A stretch of DNA of 50,089 bases, from positions 1,047,503-1,097,591 of the forward strand of contig CP070805.1 in NCBI GenBank assembly GCA_020343655.1. Reading direction: 5' to 3'. Shown here one piece after another: positions 49,364 through 50,089 of the stretch (positions are counted from its first letter, which is position 1; each line of letters opens with the position of its first letter). Origin of the DNA: Promethearchaeota archaeon. Its GTDB lineage: Archaea; Asgardarchaeota; Lokiarchaeia; Sigyniarchaeales; SOKP01. Made by a program: the position numbers and the translations under genes. The notes beneath the pieces are model-generated. The model did no database searches. It was not told where the DNA came from and worked only from the letters and a program-made list of their open reading frames with translations.

Positions 49364-49478
49364 ATTTAGGATTTTTATCTGCTTTAATACATTTTCATTT
49401 TACTAAAGTATATAAAATTAAATTTTGATTATTTAATAAAATTTAAATTAGTTCTAAATATTTTTGAGGAGAATTTTT

Positions 49479-49864
49479 TTGTCAGAATTTGAACAAAAGG
49501 TATTGAAGTTACTAGAAGATATTAATAGTAAACTTGACAAATTGTTAACAGCTGAGCCTGTTAAAGCTACTCCAGCAAATTATACCCCAAAACCTTCAGT
49601 TGCACCCTCTCCGGCAGTATCAACAGTTAAACCTTCAGCAGTTGTTGATAAACAGGAAATGGAAGAAAAAATGAAGGAAAAACCCCCTATAGAGGGTAGG
49701 AGGGTCTGTTCTGAATGCGGAGGGACTGCTTTTAACACTGTTGAGGATAAAACACAAGTATTACATCAAATGGGCGGCGTAAAGATATATGCTAAATGTA
49801 ATATATTATAAATATATTGCAGGCAAAAAAGTATATTTGTAGAAATTGCGGCGCCGAAATGTAA
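49479..49864 (+). CDS. Coiled-coil/linker/Zn-ribbon protein, predicted join(49479..49795,49828..49864), 117 aa
   Basis: GAGGAG SD at 49466-49471 before TTG 49479. Exon 1 has RRVCSECG...GGVKIYA; the downstream frame gives KKYICRNCGAEM*; a T-tract follows. Confidence 0.8.
49796..49827 (+). other. Putative 32-nt bulge-helix-bulge-type mRNA intron
   Basis: 4-bp helix UGCU(49790-93)/GGCA(49822-25), AAA bulge 49794-96, 11-bp stem 49797-49807/49811-49821; removal restores the reading frame. Confidence 0.72.
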
Positions 49865-49880
49865 TCCTTCAATAAAAATC

Positions 49881-49902
49881 TTTTTTTTTTTAATTTTTTT
49901 TT
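49881..49902 (+). terminator. Oligo(T) archaeal terminator candidate
   Basis: T11-AA-T9 tract starting 17 nt after the restored stop at 49864. Confidence 0.55.
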
Positions 49903-50089
49903 CAAAGTTATTTTTATTTTTGGGTCTCATTAAAATCTTATTAAATGTAATATACAACCTTCTAAAAGCGCGATATTATTTTTAAGAAATTTCTTTATAA
50001 TTCCTTTTAGTTAGGTTTTTAATTTCACTATACTTTAAATTCTTAATTAGAAATTTAACAAGGTAATTGCGGTGTAGATTTAAATTCCT

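Noticed and set aside
49798-49822. GTAAT...TTGCAG as a canonical GT-AG spliceosomal intron
   Set aside because: It is 25 nt; removal gives AKCKKVYL* and does not restore the CRNC knuckle.

Overview
AT-rich archaeal chromosomal segment, most likely from an Asgard archaeon of the Lokiarchaeia/Promethearchaeota type. The call rests on archaeal r-proteins, Rpo10, TFB, PAN and archaeal-type ProRS together with gelsolin-like and longin-like eukaryotic-signature proteins. About 45 genes cover translation, glycogen, polyamine/hypusine, formaldehyde and glycerol/lipid metabolism. I saw no rRNA, tRNA, CRISPR array or transposase. The strongest novel signal is at the far end. A Zn-ribbon gene (49479-49864) is interrupted by a 32-nt insert that folds into a relaxed bulge-helix-bulge motif. 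Cutting at the standard splicing-endonuclease positions removes exactly 49796-49827 and restores the frame and the second CxxC knuckle, so this is a candidate BHB-type mRNA intron in an Asgard protein-coding gene. Other highlights: an unannotated 45-aa acidic Trp-rich microprotein resembling Sem1/DSS1 near pan; a TrmB regulator split by a ~520-aa helical rod with an aromatic/basic motif at its midpoint; a pair of membrane proteins with paralogous ectodomains (one with an HFS motif, one with cytoplasmic wHTH domains); a giant TPR-nitrilase; a PlsY/CTP-kinase fusion; and a methyltransferase/Ddl-type ATP-grasp fusion next to pan. All family assignments come from motifs read by eye; no database search was run.
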